This document shows, piece after piece, positions 1 through 8,948 of a stretch of 64,000 nucleotides of DNA. The DNA comes from Bacteroidales bacterium. GTDB taxonomy: Bacteria > Bacteroidota > Bacteroidia > Bacteroidales > WCHB1-69. The stretch lies in NCBI GenBank assembly GCA_017651425.1, contig JAGCCZ010000019.1:336-64335 (forward strand), in the 5' to 3' direction. The notes under the pieces are model-generated. The model saw only the letters and a program-made list of their open reading frames with translations. It searched no databases and had not been told where the DNA came from. The translations under genes and the position numbers were made by a program. Positions within the stretch are counted from its first letter, which is position 1. Each line of letters opens with the position of its first letter.

Positions 1-7
1 TCGGGCA

Positions 8-61
8 CCCCTTCTGAAAATCAGAAGGGGAGTTAGCGCCTCGTGGCACAGTGGTGCCACG
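8..61. other. Two tandem GC-rich stem-loops at the window edge (possible 3' part of a structured RNA or terminators of an off-window gene)
   Basis: ccccttctga-aaa-tcagaagggg (8-30, 10-bp stem) and cgtggcac-agtg-gtgccacg (42-61, 8-bp stem). No T tract follows either hairpin on either strand. Truncated by the window start. Confidence 0.3.
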
Positions 62-189
62 GGTGTTTATAGGGATCCGCACCCGTTGTATTTGTCTCTA
101 TAGGTCAAATTCTATATTATTGCATTTTTTTCAGTCGCATTCAATGTGATGGCGATTTTCGGTCAAGTCTCCGAATCCTTGGAAACTCG

Positions 190-1020
190 TCACATTTTCC
201 AAGCACCGAGGTCATATTGGGCCTCGATGGCATCTTCCAAGTCGTCTTCCAAGGCGGGGAAGAAGTCGATGCCCGCGAGGCGTTCCACCTCGTCGATGGT
301 TTTGGCATAGTTGCGGAGCCGCTGGTGTCCGGGCTTGTTGTCGAACACGAAACCGATGGCTTGCCATTCGTCGTTAATACAGCACAAAAGAACCTTGAAA
401 AAGGCGTCGGGGACAGCTACGTTGTTTCGTCCGATGACCTCGGGATTGTTGGACATGAGGGGACCGCATGCGATATAGAGGTTGCCGTATTTCTCGGCCC
501 AGACGCGTGCCTGTTCCTCCAGCATCTTCCAGTCGCCATCGTTAAGGTTGTGGTCTTGCGGGCAGACGTTGGAGAGGTAGAACGACTCGCGCATGGCGAT
601 GGTGTCCCATTTCATGTCGCCGGCGGGTGCCATGTGGCCACGGGTGTAGTTGGAACGGGAATAGTCACGATAGGTCGGGCACACGCCTCTGACGTCGGGG
701 TCCGGCTCGAAATGGACGGCACGAGGGTACTTGCCGCGCGTCTCTTCGCGTGTCAGCTCGTAGGCCACCCAGTTGGGCACGCACCAGTCGGAATTGTAAC
801 TGACAGTGTATCCGGTGTGCTCGATGATCTGCTCCGGACGGTCTGCCATGAGCTTCGGAAGCTCCAATAACCCGACTTCCGACTTCGGCGGGAAGGTGGA
901 TTTGGAAGCGGACTGTGCATCAGCCGTCTTTCCTTTGTTCTTGTTCAAAAAAACAAAGACTCCCGCCAAGAGCACGATGCCGATTAACATTATCGTGGCG
1001 GATTTGTTATTTTTCTTCAT
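190..1020 (-). CDS. Secreted or membrane-anchored DNA/RNA non-specific endonuclease (NucA/EndoG family)
   Basis: 276-aa ORF with an N-terminal hydrophobic segment (IMLIGIVLLAGVFVF). NYTRGHMAPAGD resembles the (D)RGH active-site motif of beta-beta-alpha-Me nucleases. Confidence 0.8.
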   Translation of the reverse strand: MKKNNKSATIMLIGIVLLAGVFVFLNKNKGKTADAQSASKSTFPPKSEVGLLELPKLMADRPEQIIEHTGYTVSYNSDWCVPNWVAYELTREETRGKYPRAVHFEPDPDVRGVCPTYRDYSRSNYTRGHMAPAGDMKWDTIAMRESFYLSNVCPQDHNLNDGDWKMLEEQARVWAEKYGNLYIACGPLMSNNPEVIGRNNVAVPDAFFKVLLCCINDEWQAIGFVFDNKPGHQRLRNYAKTIDEVERLAGIDFFPALEDDLEDAIEAQYDLGAWKM

Positions 1021-1183
1021 ATCTTATTCGTTTGCAAAAATATACAGATTTCATCTTTGGATGTTGCAAAGATAAAAAATAATTTTACCATATAGATTAC
1101 AAAGTGATTTTTTTTGAGTATATTTGCAGTGTACTAAAAAAAACAATTTCAAACTTTCTTGTGAACAATTTAAATTTTAGATT

Positions 1184-2419
1184 ATGAAGATTTTACACAC
1201 AAGTGACTGGCATTTGGGCCACACACTCTATGATCATGGTCGTATGGCGGAGCATGAAGATTTCCTCCGTCAACTGAAAATTGTCGTCGGAGAACAGCAA
1301 CCTGACGCATTGTTGGTGTGCGGTGATGTTTTCGACCGCGTGGCCGCCCCCGTGGCTGCACGGGAGCTGTATGTGCGTGCGTTGCTCGACATGCACGATA
1401 TTTGTCCCGCCATGCAAATCATTGTCACGGCCGGCAACCATGATGGCAAGTCGGCACTCGAAACCGAAGGACTCATCTGGGGCCGCCTGCATGTGAAGGT
1501 GATCGGGCAGGTTGAATTCGATGACGACGGACAGGTCGACTTCGACCGCCATATTGTGGAAATTCGCGATGCACAGGGCTGTCTGCTGGGCTTTGTGGCT
1601 GCCGTGCCCCACATCTATGAGTATGGCTATCCCCAAATGGGGGATGCGGAGGATAGGAATGACCGGCAGAAGCTGTTCTTCCAGACCCTGCTCGACAAGG
1701 TTGCGGAGCGCAATCCCGACAAGTTGCCGGTGGTGCTTTCGGCGCACCTGGCCATGGCCGGCGGCAACTTTGCAGGCCATACGTTCAGTGACTCCATCGG
1801 CGGCATCGAGACCGTGAAGCAGGAGCAACTCGGCACGGGTGGCTACGATTACTTGGCCTTGGGGCATATTCACAGCCCGCAAACACTCCCCGGCAGTAAG
1901 CCCGTCGCCCGTTACTGCGGCACCCCCATTGCCATCTCCTTCGATGAGACGGGGCACCATGGCGTCACGATGGTGACCCTCGAAAAAGGTGTGCCGCCTT
2001 TCATCGAGGAGATTGAAATCCGTAACCCCAAGCCCTTGCTGACCTTGCCCGGCAAACCCGCCCTCTTTGAAGATGCCCTGCAGGAGCTGCGTGAGTTCCC
2101 CGACACTGAATCTGCCTATATCCGTCTCAACGTGCTCCTTGACGGCCCGCTTCCCCCGAATCATATTGAGCAAATTCTGCAAATTCTCGACAGGAAAAAG
2201 GCCGAATACTGTTGTGTGGTGACCTCCTTGCCGAGCAGGGAGGAGAAAAGCGGGGAAAATGTGGATGTGAAGCCGGTTGATGCCGACAACATGCCAGAGC
2301 CGGGGGAGTTGGCCGACCGCTTTTTTCAAAAGAAATACAATGTCTCCATGGATGCCGACCTCGCGGAATTGCTTCGCAAAGCCATAGAAGTTGCCCAAAA
2401 AAATGAAATCGAACATTAA
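1184..2419 (+). CDS. sbcD: Exonuclease SbcCD, nuclease subunit SbcD (Mre11-like)
   Basis: 411 aa. Carries MKILHTSDWHLGH, GDVFD and GNHD phosphoesterase motifs. Lies 15 bp upstream of sbcC. Confidence 0.9.
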   Translation: MKILHTSDWHLGHTLYDHGRMAEHEDFLRQLKIVVGEQQPDALLVCGDVFDRVAAPVAARELYVRALLDMHDICPAMQIIVTAGNHDGKSALETEGLIWGRLHVKVIGQVEFDDDGQVDFDRHIVEIRDAQGCLLGFVAAVPHIYEYGYPQMGDAEDRNDRQKLFFQTLLDKVAERNPDKLPVVLSAHLAMAGGNFAGHTFSDSIGGIETVKQEQLGTGGYDYLALGHIHSPQTLPGSKPVARYCGTPIAISFDETGHHGVTMVTLEKGVPPFIEEIEIRNPKPLLTLPGKPALFEDALQELREFPDTESAYIRLNVLLDGPLPPNHIEQILQILDRKKAEYCCVVTSLPSREEKSGENVDVKPVDADNMPEPGELADRFFQKKYNVSMDADLAELLRKAIEVAQKNEIEH

Positions 2420-2434
2420 ACAAAACAAATTATT

Positions 2435-5400
2435 ATGAAGCTCAAGAAACTGATTGTAAAGAATATTGCATCCATAGAGGATGCTGAGTTGAACTTTGAC
2501 GCTGCACCGCTCCGCGATGCGCGCATCTTCCTCATCGGAGGTGACACCGGCAGCGGAAAGAGCACCATTCTCGATGCCATCTGCCTGGCTCTCTATGACG
2601 AAACTCCGAGATTGAAGCAGGCCAGCCACAAGAAAAATGAATACGGCAAAGACAACATCTCCGCGCAGGATACCCGCAACCTGATGCGCCATGGCACCAC
2701 GGAAGCCATGGTCCAACTCGACTTTGAAGGCGATGACGGCAAAACATATAGCGCCGTCTGGTCCGCCCGCCGTACAAAGAATTTCACACTCGACAGCACA
2801 AAACGCTCCCTTACCGTTGACGGCCATCCCATTGACAAAAAGGAGATTGACGCCACCATATCCAAGGCTGTGGGGCTTGACTTCGAGCAGTTTTGCCGCG
2901 TCACCATGCTCGCCCAAGGGCAGTTTACGCAATTCCTGAAGAGTGACGAGAACAAAAAGGCCGACATTCTGGAAAAGATGACAAAAACCGAACGCTACAG
3001 CCAGATCGGCATGACCATCTTCCAGATGTACAAGGATGCGCAAAATGCCTACGACCTTGAGAAAAGCAAGTCGGAAGGCGTGCAACTGCTCTCGGAAGAG
3101 GGAAAAAGAGAACTTGTCGAACAACTGTCCAAGGATAGGGAAGCGGTTGACAAGTACAACAGCGCGTACGAAACGGCTTTGGAAAAGAAAAACTGGCTTG
3201 AAAAGGATTTGAAGAATGAGAAAGACCTGAATGAGGCCAAACGGCAATTGGACAGCTGCGAAGGTGTCTCCACGTCCAAGCAGTTTATAGACGAGGAACG
3301 GCTCATCGCCGACTGGGACCTGTCGCGCGAAGCGCGCACGTGGGCCAACGATCTGGCGATACGACAGAGAACGCTTGAGATTATCGAGAAGCAAAAAGAA
3401 CCCAAAGCACAGTCCATCCTCGCCACCCTGCGCCAAGCTCTGCTGTCTTTAGACAACCTTATCGCAGCAGAACGGCAGCAATATTCGTCACTTCAGGAGG
3501 CACACGATGCGGATTCCGCTCACAAACTGATGTATGAGAATGCGCAGACCATCAAGAAAACTTTGGAGGAGGCCTTCAAACAGCGCCAGACCAAAGCTGA
3601 TGAAGAAAAAAAACTCGCCAAACTTGAAGAAGCCCTGCCCATGCTGCAGGAGGAGATCCGGCAGAAACAGAAACTATTCAACACGGCAAAGAAAGTGCTT
3701 TCCGAAAAACAGCAGGAGGTGGAAAAAGCCGAAAAGGAGCTCGAAGCCATGAAACCGAAGGAGTTGGCGCGTGCGCGTGAGGAGGCCGACAGGCAAACCG
3801 CGCTTCTCCGTGCGGCTGAAGAGGCTGTGAACAAATTGGAGAAAGCCTTCTCTGACCAAACGGCCGCACAACAGGCACTCTCGGAAAACCATACGCTCAT
3901 GGAAACGGAACAAAACAAGAAGAAGGAGGGGAGCATTGTGGAAGAAGAACGCCAGCATGCATACGACGCAGCCAAAGAGGCTTACGAACAGGCCAAGCTC
4001 GCCATCGCGGATGAGGTTGAGCGTCTGCGTGCCCAGTTGAAAGTGGGTGACACCTGTCCCGTGTGCGGCCAGAAAATTGACATGCTGCTCTCTTCCGAAA
4101 AAGCTCGCAAGACATTGGATGCTCTGGCGGTGCCGCTGAAGGAGAGCGAAAAACGCCTCCAAGAAGCAAAAGCAGCGGTCAAGGCATCCCAGAAAATCAT
4201 AGAGGAATGCAATAATAAAACACCCAAGTTGACAAGTTCCTTGAAAAGAGCCGAGGCTCTTGTCGCGGCTGCATCGGAAACTGCAAAAGCCGGCTGTGCT
4301 GCCGCGGCCATCACCTTAGAGGATGCCTCAACGGCAAGCATTGACAACGTCCGCGTTTCCCTCAAATCGAAGTTTGAGGAAATTGAAGCCACGCTGAAAC
4401 ACTTGAATGAGCAACAGAAGCTCATAAACGGGCAGAATGAACTCATCAAGGTTCTGAAGGGCGAGGAGAACGCATTGACCCAAAATCTTAATGCTGCCGA
4501 CAAAGCTGCAAGTGATGCTGTGCAGTCAGAGGCAACCCAAAAGCTGCAAATTGACAACCTTAAAGAATCCATCGGGCAGCGCGACAACATGATCTCGCAG
4601 TATGTGGGGGATGCTGCGCAGTACATGACTGACCCGGCGTGGCAGTCCGACTGGGAGGCGAATCCAAAGGAGTTTGTGGACAACATGGTGGCCGGGGCAC
4701 AACGCTACACGAAATTGGGCGAGGATATCATCAAATTGTCCCATCAGATCAACATGGATGAAGACAAGCGCGCACGCATGACAGGGCAGGACAACCGCAT
4801 CAAGGAACTGTGGCCAGATTGGAATGTCGGCTCAATATCGGTCACCCCTCTCTCCGATGTGCCGCAAGACTTGGAAACCCAGTGGCAGAATTTCGTGACC
4901 GATGCCACAAAATTGCAGGAGCAGAAGGAGAACTGCCGACAGGAGATCCTCAACCTGAAACAAAAGCTGGAAGAATTCCATGCGACCACCTCCATTGACG
5001 AGACACGCCTGCAGGAAGTCTCCTGTTTTCAGAACATGGATGAACTCAAGAAAAGCCACACAAGACTCAACGAGGACCTTGCCGCCGCCAAGACGAATCA
5101 TGCCACTCTGATGAAAATCCATGAGGAACATCATTGCTCAAAACATCCTGCCATTGAGGAGAGCGAGACCGTAGAGTCGCTGCAACAAGCCCTGCAGAAC
5201 GGCAAGGGGCTGCTCGAGACCCTTAACCAGCGCATTGGCGCGATAGAAACGAAGTTGGAGAAAGATAAGAGCGAGGCTGAACGTTTGCAGGATATCCTGA
5301 AAAAAGTCGAGGAGCTGAGGTCTCACGCTGAGAACTGGAAGAAGCTGGACGGTCTCTTCGGCGGCTCCGACGGTGCAAGATTCCGCAACATTGCGCAAAG

Positions 5401-5845
5401 TTTTTTGTTAGAGAACCTGCTGCGAAGTGCGAACTATTACCTGCAAGACCTCACCAAACGCTACCTGCTGGAGTGCATTCCCGGCACACTCACGATCAGC
5501 CTGCGCGACCAGTACATGTCCGACATGGTCAGCCCCGTGGACACGCTCAGCGGTGGGGAGAGCTTCCTGGTGTCGTTAGCCCTGGCCCTGGCCTTGGCTT
5601 CCATGAGCCGTCAGGGCATCACTATGGACACGCTTTTCATCGATGAGGGTTTCGGCACGCTCAGCGACAATGAGATGGACACTGTCATGTCCCTGCTGGA
5701 GCGGCTTCAGGAAAGGAAGGGCAAACGTGTGGGCATCATCAGCCATGTCAAGGAGCTGCGCGAACGGATTCCCGTGCATGTTGAGGTGAGCCGCATTGAC
5801 CCCACCCGAAGCGGAATCGTCGTTAAAGACACCACACACATCTGA
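2435..5845 (+). CDS. sbcC: Exonuclease SbcCD, ATPase subunit SbcC (Rad50-like)
   Basis: 1136 aa. N-terminal Walker A GGDTGSGKSTILDAI, a long K/E/Q-rich coiled-coil, a CPVCG zinc hook (nt 4055-4066), a C-terminal LSGGESF signature and Walker B LFIDEGFGTL. Confidence 0.9.
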   Translation: MKLKKLIVKNIASIEDAELNFDAAPLRDARIFLIGGDTGSGKSTILDAICLALYDETPRLKQASHKKNEYGKDNISAQDTRNLMRHGTTEAMVQLDFEGDDGKTYSAVWSARRTKNFTLDSTKRSLTVDGHPIDKKEIDATISKAVGLDFEQFCRVTMLAQGQFTQFLKSDENKKADILEKMTKTERYSQIGMTIFQMYKDAQNAYDLEKSKSEGVQLLSEEGKRELVEQLSKDREAVDKYNSAYETALEKKNWLEKDLKNEKDLNEAKRQLDSCEGVSTSKQFIDEERLIADWDLSREARTWANDLAIRQRTLEIIEKQKEPKAQSILATLRQALLSLDNLIAAERQQYSSLQEAHDADSAHKLMYENAQTIKKTLEEAFKQRQTKADEEKKLAKLEEALPMLQEEIRQKQKLFNTAKKVLSEKQQEVEKAEKELEAMKPKELARAREEADRQTALLRAAEEAVNKLEKAFSDQTAAQQALSENHTLMETEQNKKKEGSIVEEERQHAYDAAKEAYEQAKLAIADEVERLRAQLKVGDTCPVCGQKIDMLLSSEKARKTLDALAVPLKESEKRLQEAKAAVKASQKIIEECNNKTPKLTSSLKRAEALVAAASETAKAGCAAAAITLEDASTASIDNVRVSLKSKFEEIEATLKHLNEQQKLINGQNELIKVLKGEENALTQNLNAADKAASDAVQSEATQKLQIDNLKESIGQRDNMISQYVGDAAQYMTDPAWQSDWEANPKEFVDNMVAGAQRYTKLGEDIIKLSHQINMDEDKRARMTGQDNRIKELWPDWNVGSISVTPLSDVPQDLETQWQNFVTDATKLQEQKENCRQEILNLKQKLEEFHATTSIDETRLQEVSCFQNMDELKKSHTRLNEDLAAAKTNHATLMKIHEEHHCSKHPAIEESETVESLQQALQNGKGLLETLNQRIGAIETKLEKDKSEAERLQDILKKVEELRSHAENWKKLDGLFGGSDGARFRNIAQSFLLENLLRSANYYLQDLTKRYLLECIPGTLTISLRDQYMSDMVSPVDTLSGGESFLVSLALALALASMSRQGITMDTLFIDEGFGTLSDNEMDTVMSLLERLQERKGKRVGIISHVKELRERIPVHVEVSRIDPTRSGIVVKDTTHI

Positions 5846-5868
5846 AAATTATCTTGCAGCGGCTCCGC

Positions 5869-6333
5869 TCAATTGTTTTGGACAAGCCGCACATAATGCC
5901 AAATGCACCGTTCTTTGTGGGCCATATCCACCCCGTTCCAGTTGAATTGCAAAATCCATGCCCGCTCCAAGCCCATGGCTGTTGACGACCAGTAACAGCC
6001 CATGGGCACACCGGACAATAGTTCATACCAATCGCCATGGCAATCCCGCAACCCCTTTGATACCGGCAAGAAGATGGAGTTGCCGTTAGGTCCTGTCACC
6101 TTGTAGCCGTCGTCTTTCCATTCCCACTTGCAGCTGTCCTTCAGCTCCTCGAACTGTGTGTAAGTGGGGAGACTGTTGCCAAACTCGGCCATTGCCGCAC
6201 CATAGTAGTACAAGTCGACCTCGTTTTTGTCTTTCCACTTAGTGCCGCTGGGCAGCCCCAAATCCACAAACTCTTGGGCATTCAAAGATAATGCTATCAA
6301 GCAAATGATGCTAAAACAGTAAATTTTTTTCAT
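5869..6333 (-). CDS. Secreted hypothetical protein (DUF1566/FISUMP-like pattern)
   Basis: 154 aa with signal peptide MKKIYCFSIICLIALSLNAQ. The VDLGLPSGTKW...NGNSIFLP...GCYWSS pattern is recalled from Bacteroidales secreted paralogous families. Confidence 0.45.
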   Translation of the reverse strand: MKKIYCFSIICLIALSLNAQEFVDLGLPSGTKWKDKNEVDLYYYGAAMAEFGNSLPTYTQFEELKDSCKWEWKDDGYKVTGPNGNSIFLPVSKGLRDCHGDWYELLSGVPMGCYWSSTAMGLERAWILQFNWNGVDMAHKERCIWHYVRLVQNN

Positions 6334-6399
6334 GATAAGGAGTTTTTAAATTGCTTCATTATAAGTGTTTTATATGTCAACATGCAGTTTTCTTTCCAC

Positions 6400-7806
6400 T
6401 TATTTTCCTGTAGAAAAGTTGATTTCTTTGTTCTTGCCGGCATTGTGGCCGTCTTTAGTTTTGAAGAAGGACCCCAAAACAGTAAATCCATATTGGGTTG
6501 ACGGTTTTAGGAGGAACCTGACCTCCAATGTCTTGTCATTAGGCCAGGAGTAACCTTGGAATTTTGGGAATTCCGCCCCGGAGGAGCTGGGGTTCAAGGA
6601 AATACCCTCCACCATCGGCTTGGAGAACTTGATGATAACAGTATAAGTGCCACTCGGGATGTTTTTGGCGCCGTTCTTGATGCTCACTTTGTAAGTGGCA
6701 TCCAGCTTGGCCGCTTTTTTCTCCTCTTTGATGTAATTTTTCAAGTCAAAGTCGTTCACGGCCTTCGCTATGGTGGGCATGAAGTCGGCCATGGTGGCAT
6801 AGCTGCCACGCTGCTGCTCATATTGCTTCAAAGCCTCGCACAAGGTTCGGGTAAGGATAAAGCCGTTTTTTTCTTCCTCCTTAACAAGCGCATTTTCATG
6901 GACTTGCGGATAATGTGCTGTCATATAGCGGATGACAGAGGCGCGGACGAATGTCTCATTCATCATGATCATGGCGTTTCCGTAAGCGGACTGTGTCAGC
7001 TGTTCGGCTTTCACCTTGAAAATCTTCTCGGCGGACTGGCTCATCTTCGACCAGTATTTTGCGTTTAGAGAGTTGCAGTAATGGTGGCAGAACTCGTGAA
7101 TCACTATCGGCAGTACCGAATTGGGTTCGTAATAGAAGTCTCCATTTTCGGCAAGTTCGCAACATCCGATGACGGGACTCAGCATGTCACTGCCGTTCTT
7201 CAGCTTGGCACTGCATCCGTAATTGTTCGGACCCACCAGCAAACTGAGCACAATGCGGAACTGGCTGCCGCCTTCCATGCCATAGAATTTTTTGAACCAG
7301 TCGTAATCCACCTTCTTGTTGATGTCGGAAAAGGCTCTCTCGACATCGTTGAACAACTCCTGCTGTTTCAAATACCACTCATGGAAGTTCGTGGTGTGAT
7401 AAAAGTCGTTCAGAGGCTTGAGGAAATCCTTCTTCTGCTCGTCTGACCATCGGTCGAAAGAGTCATCTCCACCTTTCAGAAATTTGTCGTCGAACATTAT
7501 CTCCGCATCGTCAATCACGTTCAGGTGCAAGGCGTATGCGACGACAGCGTCGTAGGCGATTCCAGCGTCATGTTGGTATCGGCGGGCCAGTTCCACCACT
7601 GGATGTTCTTTGAATGGGCTGAAATAATCATCCACCTCTTGTGCATATTTTGGAACTTTGCACAGGTTGTATTCGCGGGCGCCGGAAAGTCGCCAGACAG
7701 TGGACATCAGTTCGACACACTCGTCGAAATGGGCGGGTATCGTACTTTGGGCGAAGGAGGACAGTGAGAGGAGAATGCTGCAAAAAATAACGGTCAGTTT
7801 TTTCAT
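6400..7806 (-). CDS. Secreted putative zinc metallopeptidase (DUF4932-like)
   Basis: The ORF track gives 6400..7845. I prefer the internal ATG at 7806, which yields signal peptide MKKLTVIFCSILLSLSSFAQS. HEFCHH matches HExxH. Confidence 0.55.
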   Translation of the reverse strand: MKKLTVIFCSILLSLSSFAQSTIPAHFDECVELMSTVWRLSGAREYNLCKVPKYAQEVDDYFSPFKEHPVVELARRYQHDAGIAYDAVVAYALHLNVIDDAEIMFDDKFLKGGDDSFDRWSDEQKKDFLKPLNDFYHTTNFHEWYLKQQELFNDVERAFSDINKKVDYDWFKKFYGMEGGSQFRIVLSLLVGPNNYGCSAKLKNGSDMLSPVIGCCELAENGDFYYEPNSVLPIVIHEFCHHYCNSLNAKYWSKMSQSAEKIFKVKAEQLTQSAYGNAMIMMNETFVRASVIRYMTAHYPQVHENALVKEEEKNGFILTRTLCEALKQYEQQRGSYATMADFMPTIAKAVNDFDLKNYIKEEKKAAKLDATYKVSIKNGAKNIPSGTYTVIIKFSKPMVEGISLNPSSSGAEFPKFQGYSWPNDKTLEVRFLLKPSTQYGFTVLGSFFKTKDGHNAGKNKEINFSTGK

Positions 7807-8049
7807 AAATATTACATTGCGTTTTATCCATGAATAATGATGCAAAGATATTCTTTTTTCGATATCAATCGATAATCAGTCGGCGATTATTATGAACAAT
7901 AACTCGAACGGTAGAAACATGGCCTCGTTGAGAGTGTTTGTTGTTGTGCTATTTGTCGTTTTTATTGGCCGTTTACTCTTTTTTTTACGTTGTTATTTGT
8001 TTTTTAGGCGGATATATTGTATTTTTGTAGCCGTAAAAGAAGATTGTAG

Positions 8050-8948
8050 ATGGCACAAACCAACACGTCCAATATTGATCTCCTGTATTGTTTTTCAGAC
8101 ACTCCTATCATCCATTTGGAGGATGAGTTTTATATTGTGCGCTATTTTGAATCTGATAACTTGGTTTGTCGAACCTTGCGCACGTCTCTTGTTATAAATT
8201 TTTTTGCCTGAAGGGTAATCTGATCGGATATGTTGACAGAAAGCCTATTTCGTTAAAATGCAATGAAGTCTTGATACTTCTGCCCGAACAAACGTTGTCC
8301 GTCAGTCAGTTGAGTCCGGATTTCGAGTGCTCACTTTATGCGATGTCGCGTGATATTGCGGAGGAGCAGAATGTCGGTGAGGAATCTTTGATGTATGAGA
8401 ACATACTTAAAAACCCCATACTTGCATTTGAGGCCGATGAGATAAAGGCTATGCTTTCGCTAACGGACACGTTCGCATACACTGTTCAACAGCGTGATAA
8501 TCCGAGACAGCGTGAAATCCTGCTGCTGCTTTTGCGTGCCAACCACCTGCTGCATGCCGGTTATCTGCACCATAATGAACAGAACAAGAATATAGCAGGA
8601 CATCAGGCTGATACCATCACCATCCGATTCAACCGTTTGGTGGAGAGCTATTACACCCAGCAGCATCATGTGGGCTTCTATGCGTTGAAAATGTGTCTTA
8701 CGCCCAAATATTTGAGCACTGTGGTCATGCAGACCAGCGGACATACGGCAGGCTGGTGGATTGACCACTATATAATGCGCGATGCGGAACAGTATCTGCA
8801 ATCCACAGACATGCCCATACAGCAGATTGCGGCTGTGCTCGGCTTCCAAGACCAGTCTGCATTCGGCAAATATTTCAAACGTCAAAGGGGGATTTCTCCC
8901 AAGGCGTTCCGACAACAGAATTTTCACATTAAATCATTATTATCATGA
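8050..8948 (+). pseudogene. AraC-family transcriptional regulator, apparently frameshifted in a T7 run (8199-8205)
   Basis: A 53-codon ORF from ATG 8050 (MAQTNTSNIDLLYCFSDTPIIHLEDEFYIVRYFESDNLVCRTLRTSLVINFFA*) stops at 8209-8211. The remainder continues in the neighbouring frame (ORF 8166..8948). One extra T would give ...LVINFFCLKGNLIGYVDRKPISLKCNEVLILLPEQ..., a typical AraC N-domain. The C-terminal HTH is IAAVLGFQDQSAFGKYFKRQRGISPKAFR. Confidence 0.65.

Noticed and set aside
1193-3436. 747-aa ORF antisense to sbcD/sbcC
   Set aside because: It is a shadow ORF opposite well-supported genes, with a low-complexity, motif-free translation.
2435-5845. SbcC-like ATPase as part of a novel defence system
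   Set aside because: The SbcD-SbcC pair is canonical, with Mre11 motifs, Rad50-type Walker A/B, a zinc hook and a signature motif. No extra partner genes are present.
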